The notes under the pieces were generated by a model. The model searched no databases and had not been told where the DNA came from. It saw only the letters and a list, made by a program, of their open reading frames with translations. A stretch of 64,000 bases of DNA, taken from contig NC_134026.1 of NCBI RefSeq assembly GCF_964204645.1, positions 16,712,150-16,776,149 of the forward strand, written 5' to 3'. The translations under genes and the position numbers were made by a program. This document shows positions 1 through 11,652 of this stretch, piece after piece; the first letter of the stretch is position 1, and each line of letters starts with the position of its first letter. The stretch comes from Tubulanus polymorphus (taxonomy: Eukaryota > Animalia > Nemertea).

Positions 1-2240
1 CCATGATCATTTGATTGGAAAGTTTAGAGGCGCAGCACATGAGAAATGTAACTTACAAGCTAAGAAAATTAACTTTGTTCCAGTTATATTGCATAACTTA
101 TCAGGGTATGATGCACATTTATTTATCAAACAGCTATGTCATAAAATAGAAGAAATCAATAATGAAATAGAAAGAGTAAATTCATATAGACCAAAAGATA
201 AAATACCAACTCATGAATTTAAAATGTTATCTAAAACATCTGAGAATTATATATCTTTCCAATTTGGATGCCTAAGATTTATAGATTCATATAGGTTTTT
301 AGGTAGTCCATTAGATAATTTATCAAAATCATTAGTTGATGATGAATTAAAGATATTAAAACAACACTATCCAGATAATTATGATTTTCAATTAATGAGA
401 TATAAAGGCGCGATTCCATATTCATTTTATAAATCGCATAATGATTTTAACATAACTGAATTATTAAAAGAACAATTTTATGATGAATTAAAAAATGAAT
501 ATGTTAACATAACTGAATTATTGAAGGAACAATTCTATGATGAATTGAAAAATGAATATGTTTTAAAGATGAAGTCTATAATAGAACATTGAATATTTGG
601 AATCATTTCAAAATAGAAAATCATGGACAATTAGTAGATTTATATATATATATTTATATATGTATTATTATTAACTGATATATTTGAAAGGTTTAGAGAT
701 GTGAATCTAAAATATTTCAATATTGATCCATGTCATTGTTAACCTAGTCCAGGTTTAACTTGGGACTGTGGATTAAAATTTACAGATATAAAAATGGATT
801 TATTAACAAATATAGATCAATTATTATTATTTGAAAAATCTATAAGAGGAGGAGTTTCGGGTGTATTAGGTGATAGATATTTCAATGTAAATGATAACCC
901 TGGATATAAATTATTATATATAGATGCAAATAATCTATATGGTTGGGCAATGATGGAACCACAGCCTTATGGAGTATTTGAAATAACTGAAGTTTTACAA
1001 CATGAAAATAATGATAAATTGGATTGGAAGAAAATAATTCTAGATATTGCAGATGATTCAGATACTGGTTACTTCTTTGTTGTAGATTTAGAATATCCTG
1101 AAGATAAAAAATTACTGTCCCGAACATAAATTGTAACACATGAAGAATTATCAAGTTACCAAAAAAGAATTAAACCTGAAAATCATATTCATACAGAAAA
1201 GTTAATGGTAACTCAGGAAGATAAATTTAATAATGTAGTACATTATAGAATGTTGAAGTTTTAGTTGAATGAAGGAATGATTCTAAAAAAAGTACATAGA
1301 TATATTTCATTCGGTCAATCTAAATGGTTAGAAAAATATATAGATTTTAACACCAAACAGAGAACTAAAGTTAAAACTGATTTTGAGAAAGATTTCTGCA
1401 GGTTAATGAATAATGCATTCTATGGCAAGACTTGTGAAAATATCAGAAATAGATATGATATTGAGTTGGTGAGCAATGGAAAACGAATTAGACATTTACA
1501 AACATATCCTAAATTTGTTGGTAACAGAATATTTGATGAAAATTTAGCTGCAGTTAAAATGAGAAGAACTTCTATGAAATTTAATAAACCAATTTATGAT
1601 GGTGCTTCAGTTTTAGAAATATCAAAATTATTAATGCATGAATTCTATTATAACGTAATACAACCTCATTTTGGTGAAAAGCATATAGAAATCATATATT
1701 TTGATACTGACAGTTACATATTAAAGATTAAAACTAATAATTAAAAAATGACAGATGATTTAAAAACATTGAAACATCATTTTGATTTCAGCAACTATTC
1801 AAAAGATCATGAATTGTTTGGCAATGATAATAAAAAAGTGCCCGGTAAATTCAAAGATGAATTAGGTGGTGAAGAAATGATAGAATTTATAGGTATTAGA
1901 TCTAAAATGTATTCATATAAAACAAAAACTCATGAAGCTAAAAAGTTAAAAGGAATTACCAAAAGCGTAGTAGAAAAGAATATTCATTTCAAAGATTACA
2001 TCAATTGTATATTTAATGAAGAAGTTAGAAAACATGTTAAGATGTTTAAGATCTGAGTACCACGAAATGTTTATTGAAGCTATAGAAAAGGTTAGTTCAA
2101 ATCCTTTCGATGATAAAAGATATATTTTAGATGATGGAATTCATACAGTCGCGTATGGTTGCAATTTAGATGAATACTTAAAATTTAAAAGAGAAGAAAC
2201 AAAAGAGAATGAGATTATCAAAAGGATTATTACATGTTAA
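1..2240 (+). pseudogene. polB: Protein-primed family B DNA polymerase (pPolB), frameshifted, 5' part outside window
   Basis: Fragments 11-592, 794-1129, 1265-1744, 1748-2056 and 2016-2240 carry HDHLIGKFRGAAHEKCNL (EndoVII/HNH-like insertion of group-2 Polinton PolB), HNLSGYDAH (ExoII), YIDANNLYGWAM (motif A), LMNNAFYGKT (motif B), YFDTDS (motif C), PGKFKDE and DDKRY. Confidence 0.95.
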
Positions 2241-2271
2241 TTCAATTTTAATAAAAAAATGTGTTATTAGA

Positions 2272-2623
2272 ATGGAGAGTAAAAAGCACACAGTGCGAAC
2301 AACGAATCATTTCTAGATAGAATAAAAGATATGACAAATGCTAAATCTGTAGATTATAAATTTAAGAAGTTAACAGAATTAACAATTCATAAGAAATATT
2401 TAATTACAAATATTGATACAGTTACAAACAAATATGGAGATAAATTAGTTATCCACTTAGGATATGAAGGATTGAAAGGAAATACATATAAATTTAGAAC
2501 ATATTTACCAGATTGATTTCATAGATTATCTAGTGAAGATTTAGAAGAATTATGTTCAGGTGATTTCTATTTCATATATAAGGGTAAGAATGAAAAAGGG
2601 CACCATGAAATAGATTTCGAATA
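2272..2623 (+). pseudogene. Small conserved Polinton ORF (MESK family), putative OB-fold ssDNA-binding protein; internal stop
   Basis: Near-identical to 58001-58372 and 59407-59748 (FKKLTEL...NKYG..LVIHL...YLP.RF...YFIYKGK...EIDFE). TGA at 2514-2516 interrupts it. The OB-fold call is inference. Confidence 0.65.
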
Positions 2624-2639
2624 AAATATGTAAAATAAA

Positions 2640-3134
2640 AGGTAGAATTAAAAGAATACCGAATATTTGTTGATTCTAGAGGACTTACAAATTATAAATC
2701 ACGTAATTTACTAGTACAATTAGATAGAGAATTTAAGAATTGTGTTAATCTAAAATTAGTAAATGTAAGTTTATGTTATTCTTTTTATAATATATCAGAT
2801 AAAAGTCTTGATCATAAAGCTTTTTATGATTCACGTTAGGAGAAATAATAAATGGTATCATCTATCTTTAAGACCAGGTTTATATAATTTAGAGACTTTA
2901 GAGCAAGAAATTAATAGGAAAGCTAAAACAAAAATGAGCGCAGCTGCTGGATTTGGAATTAAATTTTTAAAAAGTGATATTAATAATAAATTAAGAATAA
3001 AGTTAGCTAATGAAGAACAACATAAATTTATAGTGAGAAAACCTTTAGGTAAACTGTTAGGAATTGCACCAAATAAACTTCATGCAAATGTTGATTCTAC
3101 ACCAATAAGGGTAAAAAAATATTTTAAAGCCTAA
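2640..3134 (+). pseudogene. Putative minor capsid (penton-like, single jelly-roll) fragment
   Basis: The upstream frame reads LVQLDREFKNCVNLKLVNVSLCYSFYNISDK, followed by LSLRPGLYNLETLEQEI...LGKLLGI. This resembles the SxYNI / IxxGxYxxxxL / LxxLLG pattern of Polinton minor capsid N-termini. Confidence 0.5.
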
Positions 3135-3197
3135 GATTTCAGCGAACTCTAACTCTTTTTGAATTTTAACTTATTTTAATAAAAATTTGATATATAA

Positions 3198-5429
3198 ATG
3201 TGCTCAAGATTAATTAAAGTTCCCGCGAAAGAAATGAATAATAAATACATAAATTCAATATTATATTATTTAACTGTGAATAATAATTTAGCTGATATTT
3301 CAGGAGTAAATATAAATAAGTATTATAAATCTGAAAATAATGAATTAATTCAAACGTCAGATATATTTTGCGATAATATAATGCTTTATAAATTCATGTT
3401 AGAAAAAGAAATTATTAAAGAAAATAGAACAACTTTTCTTAACGTTAATCAGAGAAAGATAACACATTATGAAATTAAAGAATGTTTTAATCAAGGAAAT
3501 ATTATATCGGATAACTTAGCTATAAAAATTACGCGTGTTTTAACGATTCATGTTGATAATTCAAAATCATATATCTTAAGTAGAATTAATCAAGAATTAA
3601 AATAACAGATTATATAGCAGTATTTAAAATTTCATTATGCAATCAAAATTTAAATGAATTAATTCAGAAAATGGATAATATTGAAAAATTATTAAATGAT
3701 GTAGATGTTACACAAGATTTTAAAAGATCATTTAGTTCAGATGGAATAAAATCATTGTTCGAAAATAGAAAATATAAAGTTCTAAAAGAATTCTCTAATA
3801 GTTGTGTTTCAGCATTATATAAGGATGATAAAATAAAGATCTATAATAAAACAGCATGTCAATTCAAATCTCCTGGTGTAAATATAAATTTCGGTTCAAA
3901 TTTAATGAGTTATATAAATTGCTATGAAGAAAGATTTAAAGAATCATTTGAAAAATCAATTGAAACAGGATTGATTAGAATTGAAATAACTAGTATTTCA
4001 TTTAAAAGAGGATTAAAAGTGATCGAAAAAAAACAATACTTAAAGAAAGAAAATATTTACTATTCACCTGCATATTTACAACTTAAATCATTATTTGATG
4101 AGGTAAAACAGACTGTATGTATTTATGATTTGATTGAAAAATGCTTTTATTTCTGTTATTATGGTGGTTTATTAGCAAGAAAATTTATAGGATATAAATC
4201 TAGGATAAGTAAAAATATTGAAGAGTCCTCCTTTTTACTCATTTTATCAATTTTTACAATTAAGAATATCCCATGTTTATACTTCACAATTAATCAAAAT
4301 GATGATTAATCAGAATTCATTATTGAAGCAAAAAAATATATTAAAACTGAAGGAGCAACTGTTATATCTTCAACTAATTCAATGTTTACAGTATTAAATA
4401 AATTAATATTTAGATTTAAATTACGCGAAACAGGAATTAGTTTTACAACTTTAAAAAAGAGGTACAATATAAAATCTAAACCTTTTTATAAATTAGATGC
4501 ACTTGATATTGAAGAAGATTTTGATATAAAATTATTATCTAAAAGTGAATTTAAAAGATTAGAAGAAATGAAAGAACTTAAACAATTTCAAGAAGATATC
4601 GATGAAAATAGAAATAAAATTTGTAATGAATTAAAACAACAATTAGATATTGATAATGAATTATTTGAGACAGAATTTAAAAAACTTGAAATAATTCCTG
4701 AAGTAAAATTAAATGATTATACTCCTAAAATATCTGGAATTGAAAATAATACAATTTTTGAAATTATAGGTTTTTCAACTAAATGTAAATGTATAACAGA
4801 TCTTATTTCAGTTATATTTTAACAGATCAAGGCTTTTATGAAACTACTACTACTGAGAATTATTGATTAAAACATTACAATTAGACGTATTAAATAATAT
4901 TTATTTTGAATTGTCTTCGATAGAAAACATTATTAGAAAGTTAAAAATAGGAGTTCATAGCCCTGATAGACACTTTATTTTATCAAAATATTTTCCAAGT
5001 AAAGAAGATAACACACAATCATTTTGAAATAATTGATGAAATGGATTTTGAATTGATGAAAAAATATACTGAATATTTAAAAATAAATTCAAATGATTTC
5101 ATTAATGTATGTGATATACGTAAAGAATCTGATAATTTAAGAAAACTGAAACTTAACAATATGAAAATTAAGCAATGCGAGCGTTTAGAACTATTGAAAG
5201 ATAATTCTGAATATACTATTGATTCCATTAATCCTAGATATTTTAGAAATAAATTGCGCCATCTAATTTTAATTCAGAATGATGAAAATATTTACATATC
5301 AAATTTTTCGATAAAGAAATGTTAAAAAATAATATAACAGAATATCTGGTGATAAAATTGATTACATACAAGCAAAAATTTAATTCTCAACGGCATAAAG
5401 AATTAGTTGTGAGTTTAATTGTTATTTGA
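3198..5429 (+). pseudogene. Large degraded gene with Rep_trans-like (RepC/RepD-type) rolling-circle initiator motifs and C-terminal OB-like segments
   Basis: ORFs 3198-3605, 3671-4309, 4382-4822 and 5041-5325 join through frameshifts and one in-frame stop. Motifs appear in order: ITDYIAVF (~3603-3626), DVDVTQDF (3698-3721), IKIYNK (3833-3850), LIRIEIT (3971-3991). Confidence 0.55.
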
Positions 5430-5507
5430 TTTGAAACATATAAATAATTAATATTTTAATAATATAAATCAAATTACTTATTAATCTTTAATTTTTCTCT
5501 TAAATAA

Positions 5508-5725
5508 ATGGATGGTTTTATTCCAACTGGAAAAAGTGTTTGAGGCATTATCTTATAGCAGGAGGGTTAATATTGGCTGCGCTTTTCTTCTACTATGAAA
5601 ATATCAGTAAGGATCTAATGAATGAAAATATAAAATTAAATAAGAAATTGAAAAAATTAAATGGAAACAATCATAGAAAAAATTACAATAAAAAAGTTAA
5701 TGATTTAAAAGAATTAGAGGATTAA
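5508..5725 (+). pseudogene. Small predicted membrane protein of the element
   Basis: TAAATAAATG start at 5508, then hydrophobic YLIAGGLILAALFFYY followed by a basic coiled segment; frameshifted near the start. Confidence 0.4.
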
Positions 5726-5772
5726 AACAGCATCTTTTAATTTAATTTATTTTATATATTTTAACTATAAAA

Positions 5773-6075
5773 ATGAGTGAAAGTAAGGTATTAAATTTAT
5801 TACATCTTACATATAAAAATCAACAGAATATTAAATCAATTATTATGATTTCAGGTTTATTTTCTTTCTCAATTTTTTCTAAAACAGCTGTTAGAATTCT
5901 ATGATACTGTAAAATTAAATATACAGAATTAAAGGATAACATAAATTATCTATCAGATCGAATAGATAATACTAAGTGCTGTGAAATATGCAATAAGAAG
6001 TATAAAAATTCAAAATCATTAAGGAATCATAAATATATTCATGAATTATATGAGAAATTATATGAATCAAAATAA
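5773..6075 (+). pseudogene. Small C2H2 zinc-finger ORF (interrupted)
   Basis: 5973-6041 translates KCCEICNKKYKNSKSLRNHKYIH (C-x2-C-x12-H-x3-H). Confidence 0.5.
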
Positions 6076-6168
6076 GAAATCGACTGTTAAATTGGGTTGA
6101 AAATATAAAATATATTCGCTGAAATGTATGAAAATGAGTAAATTATATTTATGTTAAAAAAGGGGGTT

Positions 6169-6260
6169 GATGTATTAATGTATTAAATACGTATTAAATA
6201 CGTATTAATGTATTAAATACGTATTAATGTATTAAATACGTATTAAAGGTATTAAATAGA
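6169..6260. repeat. Tandem GTATTAAATAC/GTATTAAT palindromic short repeats
   Basis: tgtattaatgtattaaatacgtattaaatacgtattaat... Related TAATACGTATT motifs occur at 42557-42586, 42727-42744 and 59900-59922. Confidence 0.7.
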
Positions 6261-6489
6261 TATTATGCTTTATTTCAAAAATTGAAGTCACAGAAGTAAT
6301 TTATTTTTTGATTTATTCATATATGATATTGTAATTCTTTACATTTGACAAGGGTAATACAAGAGTGATATTAGTTAGTTGGTTTATTGTTTTTCTAATA
6401 TTATTTTTGTCAAATGTAAAGTAATTTAATATCAATAAGAAATATTAGAAAAACATTAGAAAAACAATAGGTTTCTTTAACGTAGTATT

Positions 6490-7248
6490 AGTTAAATTTT
6501 ATCCCATAATTCTGAAATACTAGAATATGATACTTCACTCTCTGGGTTATAATATAACTCTCTTCAATATTGTTCCTTTTTCATCTTATTTTAATCCATT
6601 AATAATAATCTTGGTTTATTTTCAATAATATGGGCGAGTTCATATTATAGATAATCATCAAAATTTAAATAATATAATTGTCTTTTTTCAATTCTTAAGT
6701 TAATCAAATTCATGTAACCTCTAGAAAGTATTCAATCATCATTTCTTTCATTGAAAGGAGTTTCAAGAATATTTATAATTTTTTCATCTGAAGTTCCTTT
6801 ATGATTTAAAACTGCATTGGATATGTTAGGATTTTTGATTCCATTCTCTATAAGTTCAAAAATTAAATAAGCTTCATTTGATAATATTTGATTGATTATA
6901 GAAATATTATCAATTTTATATTGTCTCCCATACACTAAATTTGTTGCTGAGATATAATTTTTAATGTTAAATAATGAAAATAACTTATCATTATTGATAT
7001 TTCTAATATGACTTTTAGATTTTAAATGTTCTTTATAATATCTTTTATCACTGAATGATTGATTACATGTATCACATTTATATATTTCTTTTTCATTCTT
7101 TAATTCATCTAATTTAGTTTCTAATATATCATCTTTATATTCTAATTTCAATTTATTCTCTAAATATTTTTTAATTTGATTGTCTTGCTTTTTGGGATTT
7201 ATCTATATTGATTTTACATGTCGGACAGTAGAACTTATTTGCTTCCAT
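6490..7248 (-). pseudogene. Chimeric remnant: PolB N-terminal zinc-finger region, then unrelated sequence, then the integrase 5' end
   Basis: 7248 ATG MEANKFYCPTC... and YKCDTCNQSFSDKRYYKEHLKSKSH match 57993-57730. 6490-6620 matches the integrase start region at 61545-61660. Confidence 0.7.
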
Positions 7249-7322
7249 TTTAATATCAAATTTTTTATTAAAATTGATTTTAGAAGTTATTCATATTCAT
7301 ATATATATATGAATATTTTAAG

Positions 7323-7475
7323 AGTAATAGGGAATATGGGGGTTCAGATTAAAGGTTGAGAGGGCGAGTTCATAAAAAAATCAAAAATAAATTCGAGTGT
7401 GCGAGAATTTATTTTTCATTTTTTATGAACTCGACCTCTCGACCTTTGATCTGAACCCCCATATTCCCTATTACT
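7323..7475. repeat. Terminal palindromic hairpin of copy A (~72-bp arms, loop GAGTGTGCGA)
   Basis: agtaatagggaatatgggggttcagat...aaataaattc pairs with gaatttattt...atctgaacccccatattccctattact, with about 5 mismatches. Confidence 0.92.
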
Positions 7476-9692
7476 TATGTGACATGTTTATTATAGCAAT
7501 CATGGGATTCTAAGCTGTATAAGTTATGCGTTATGTGTCATTTGAACAAGATTAACCAAATTGACCAGTCAACAAATAATGTCCATTAAGAAATTCTCAA
7601 AATGACTAGTCATGCTTATTTGCATGAGCAGTGATTCGGCTTATCAGTGACCAATCCGAAATGGTTGGCGTAAATGGTTTGCAAAATATTCAAGAATTGT
7701 CGGATACTTCAGCTTTGAGATCTACCATCCACAAATACTGTGCCAAGCAACGTAATAAAATGTCCGGGGGTATAATAATGGGACAGGGACAATACTGACC
7801 ATTGGTCAGTCAGTGGTGAATGGATGATCAGTGGTCAGTTTAAGCATTTAGATATCAAGCGGACTCTTGACAATATGGCCGAAAACGTGTTGTGATGGTT
7901 GGACATTCATTGGGCCAGGTAAAATTAACCGTTGTCTAAGCACTGGTCAACAGTGACTTACTGACCACTGATCGGTTTGTCAAGACGCTAAGCACTTACC
8001 ACTGGACAGGGGCCACTATTCAGCCCTGTCAACACACTACTGACCAATGGTAATAAAACTGACCACCCAGAATTGGGAACAATAAAAAAAAACGTTCGTT
8101 TTCTCTTACTCGTATATTTCTACAATTGATTCATGTATCAATATTCGTTAGTTTTTAGTTTTCCCATATCACATTACGCGTGACCTATTGACTAACCAGT
8201 GCCGAAGAAATATTTAATTTTACATCCTCCCAGGGATAGGTCTCATGACTGTGGGACTGTATCATGGCCCTATTTCTTCGCTCACATATGTAGCTTTCTT
8301 TTGAATGAATAAAAATACATTCATTTGAAAAAAACCAGTTATTGCACTGGTTATATGTCTGGCCTCCCTTGATACGATCATAATCACTTGTCTATGGTAA
8401 GTTACGTCAGCTATGAACGAATCAAAGATAATGTGGATAAAAGATCCCTCAGGATGGAGCACTATGATTGGAATCCACTAGTAATCACCAAAATAAGTTT
8501 ACCATTTCACTCCGGACTAATGAAACAAATAGAAAGACCAATAGGCCACCGGACGACTAAGCTGACCCCATTGAAATTATTAACATTTTTTTGTCTCAAA
8601 TTCCCAGAATCAATCTAGGATTCGAGGATATCATTTAAAAACTGTCTCTCTAGAATAAAGACTTATTTGTGAATAGTTGTGTTAGTTCCACTTGACCAAT
8701 CGTTAGACTAACTCTATGGTACAGCTAGCAGTTGGCCTTAACATTCATTCTGTGAAAAGCTTCAAAACAACAACGCTGACACATGGATGCGAAGCCCGTT
8801 CCCAATGGACTGCATGGTCCGCTTAATTGGCCTAAGTCACGGGTTTTGGTAACTTTGCCATTTGCAGGCTGTATCCGGAAACCATGGTAAGTATACTAAC
8901 TGATGTTTAACCTTGATAGATGGGATTAAACATGTGCCATCCAAATTCGGAGAGTCAATATTAATAATTTAATTTCTTGATAGTCTAACAGTTCCGTGCC
9001 ATTTCAAACTATATACGCTTTTTTTCATTTATTAATCCACCATTGCATTAAGGGCAGCCGCCGGGTAGTTCCAAAATATGGATATGAAATCCGCAACCAT
9101 CTCTTGATAATTTGAAAATCTTATATGTCCAGAAATCCAATAAGTTCATTCTTGAAGTGAGCGAAAGGTTTGACAAGTCAGCCATTTTCAGTTTGTTATC
9201 ACCGGGTTCAATGCGCTTATCCCGGTGATAGTTATCCCTGGATGAAATGCTTTTGAGAAAAGAGAATTTTGGTTCCTATGATAACAATCACCTGGAAAGT
9301 GAAATATATCACCTCGATAGCATTATCACAGGGATAACTTAACACCGCTGCGAAAAACGCAGGCCTTGCCTAGCAGCCAGAAGCAGGATTTCCCCTGTTA
9401 ATACGATTATATGTGAACTTAACGCTAGAATTTCTTGTTTTTACTATAGGATTAGACCATTTTGGAATAGTGGTCTGAGCCCAGGACCAAGGCTATACTT
9501 GAATTGGTCAAAAAAGGGCAAGCGAACTCGCTATTTGTGTTCTATAGCAATGTAGTAGTATTTGAGCTGGTATTTCTCTCTACTCATTGACCATATACAA
9601 ATGAATCTCTTGACTATGAAATACATGTGCCCAATTCATTTCAATCACGACGGTTAAAAGTCAAACCTTATACACACTACCTATAAAATGAC

Positions 9693-9890
9693 TTGTTTGA
9701 TTGTTTGGTTTTACGTCGTTTTGGATCTTGGTTTTCCAAGACTAACCCTATTGGATTGTTGATTTTACTTCACGGCGGGAGGCCTTTGCAGTGTTGCCGC
9801 ACACTGTAAAGCAGCCAGCAGGACTCGAACTCACTTGTCACTCAGGACTGATAGTGAATGCAAAATCTTATCCCAATGAGCTACTGAGGC
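9693..9890 (-). mobile_element. tRNA-derived SINE
   Basis: Minus strand has A-box-like TAGCTCATTGG, B-box GTTCGAGTCC and a 3' tail GACGTAAAACCAAACAATCAAACAA. Confidence 0.6.
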
Positions 9891-10000
9891 TTCATGAATT
9901 CATTTTATTTTCAGGTTTTTCTGTTCCTTTCCGAATAAAGCTTAATTCTACAATGATTTCATTTAAATTTTGCTTTTCCCTGAATGAAAGCATAGTTTTC

Positions 10001-10556
10001 TAGATTCAGCGCAGCTGCATCCTAGGTAGATGTTAGATCATATAACCGACTCGTCGCGCATGCGCATTGACTGCTTGGACTTAGAAAACATTTGAAAAGT
10101 AACTAAAAGTCAGGACTCGAACACACAACCACGTGAGCGTAAGCATAACGTTATCCCATGGCGCCGGATCACTGGTTTTATAACTACATATAGTTTTACC
10201 CTATAGCTACCTTATAGTAATAAGCTGTAAAGCCTCACCTAACTATAACCCTAAAGCCTCACCTAATCCTAACCCTAAAGCCTCATCTTACCAGTGCCTA
10301 TGACACGCATTCCCCTAACGCGCGTTCCATACGCACGCGATTCCCCTAACGAGCGCTCCATGGGCACGCGTTTCCCCTAACGTACGCTGCACAGTAACGT
10401 CCGAAGTTTCATGGGCACGTGCGATTCTAACCCTAAAGCCTTACCTTACCCTAACCCTTAACTCTCTTGATACTAACCTTTCTGATCTTATCAATTGAAA
10501 AAGCCGCCATTTTGTGTACGACTCGGTTATAGGATCTAACATTTACCCTGAATCTA
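10001..10556. mobile_element. MITE with terminal inverted repeats and internal AACCCTAA-like repeats
   Basis: tagattcag...ggtagatgttagatcatataaccgactcgt is the near reverse complement of acgactcggttataggatctaacatttaccctgaatcta. Confidence 0.65.
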
Positions 10557-11442
10557 TTGGTATAAAGCGGAGTGCTGAATCTGTGTTGACCGCTATCTCC
10601 TCCGAGTGTGAAATGATTCACGGGCTAAGGTCTGCATTAAGTTGGCTGTTATAATGGCAACTAAGTGGCAACTGCTTTTGAATGCTATTGATGTAGCTTA
10701 AATTGGGTAAGTTTGCAATTTTATGCCGTTTTTGGGGATTTTTAGCGATGTAGTGTGACGTCATCTTGATCTACTAACGTTAACAACACGAGCGGAATTG
10801 TACAACATTTGCTGTCTAATTGACAAGTATGCTTTTTATATATTACTGATACAACAATTCTTAAATGAGAAAACTACTAAAGAAGAAATGAAATTGACGA
10901 TGATTTTTGGTTTACCTTTGTCAGCAGTATGAGGTTGGCATTGAGCCAATTCATTTAAAATCGCGGTACGTTTTTTATGTGAGCATTTTTTTCATTGGTT
11001 CTCGGGTTCAACGACGTATAATCGATGCTATTGAAGACATGGCGAACGTCCGTCGATGACATGGTCAACTCTGTTTAAATTCGACGAAAAACTGTTTTTG
11101 GCGGGAAAATTCTTAGCTCTTGCGTATAAAATTGCAATGACCTCGATTGGGGAGCGTCGTCTCTACGAGCGAATGTGATTGGCTGCTTTTGGGATATACG
11201 GGGAATTCCGGCGCTACTAAAATAATTATGGGGAAGCCATTTATGGCGAACGTTTCATTGGTCTAGGTGCGAATTTTAAATGCTCATTGCTGGTGAGAAT
11301 ATAATTATTTCACATATCGCCATAGGTATTGTTTTGTTTTAATACCCGATGATTGTGTTGATTGAGATTGAAGTGAAGCGAGCGTTCACTACACAAGGCC
11401 TCCACGTGCGCGGGACGGGAGTGCTAAACATAAGACTGTTGC

Positions 11443-11652
11443 TAAGATAAAATCCCACTATTTACAGATTAAAAGAATTTAAAAACCAGAATTTATTTAT
11501 TCAATCTAAAATATATAAAAGACACGACGTTTCGATCTCACCCTAGAGATCATCGTCAGGTGTCAATGACGATGATCTCTGGGGTGAGATCGAAACGTGG
11601 GATTTTATCTTATTATCCGTTCACCACGTTTGAGTGTGGTTATCGTTCTACT
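11443..11652. mobile_element. Penelope-like element remnant with inverted pseudo-LTR and hammerhead ribozyme motifs; 10-bp TSD
   Basis: Direct repeat AGACTGTTGC at 11433-11442 and 11653-11662. Inverted segments at 11445-11458/11597-11610 and 11527-11558/11567-11598. Confidence 0.7.
11525..11560 (-). ncRNA. Hammerhead ribozyme core (PLE-type)
   Basis: Minus strand CCTGACGATGATCTCTAGGGTGAGATCGAAACGTCG reads CUGANGA - stem II (GATCTC/GAGATC) - GAAAC. Confidence 0.6.

Larger units (their letters stand above)
1..7475. mobile_element. Polinton/Maverick-like endogenous virus, copy A (degraded; left part outside window)
   Basis: Very AT-rich ORF cluster with pPolB, penton-like, Rep_trans-like and zinc-finger genes. 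It is homologous to copies B and C and ends in a terminal hairpin at 7323-7475, after which homology stops. Confidence 0.88.

Noticed and set aside
10235-10465. Telomere-like AACCCT repeats
   Set aside because: They are few, degenerate and internal to a MITE, so not a telomere or fusion site.
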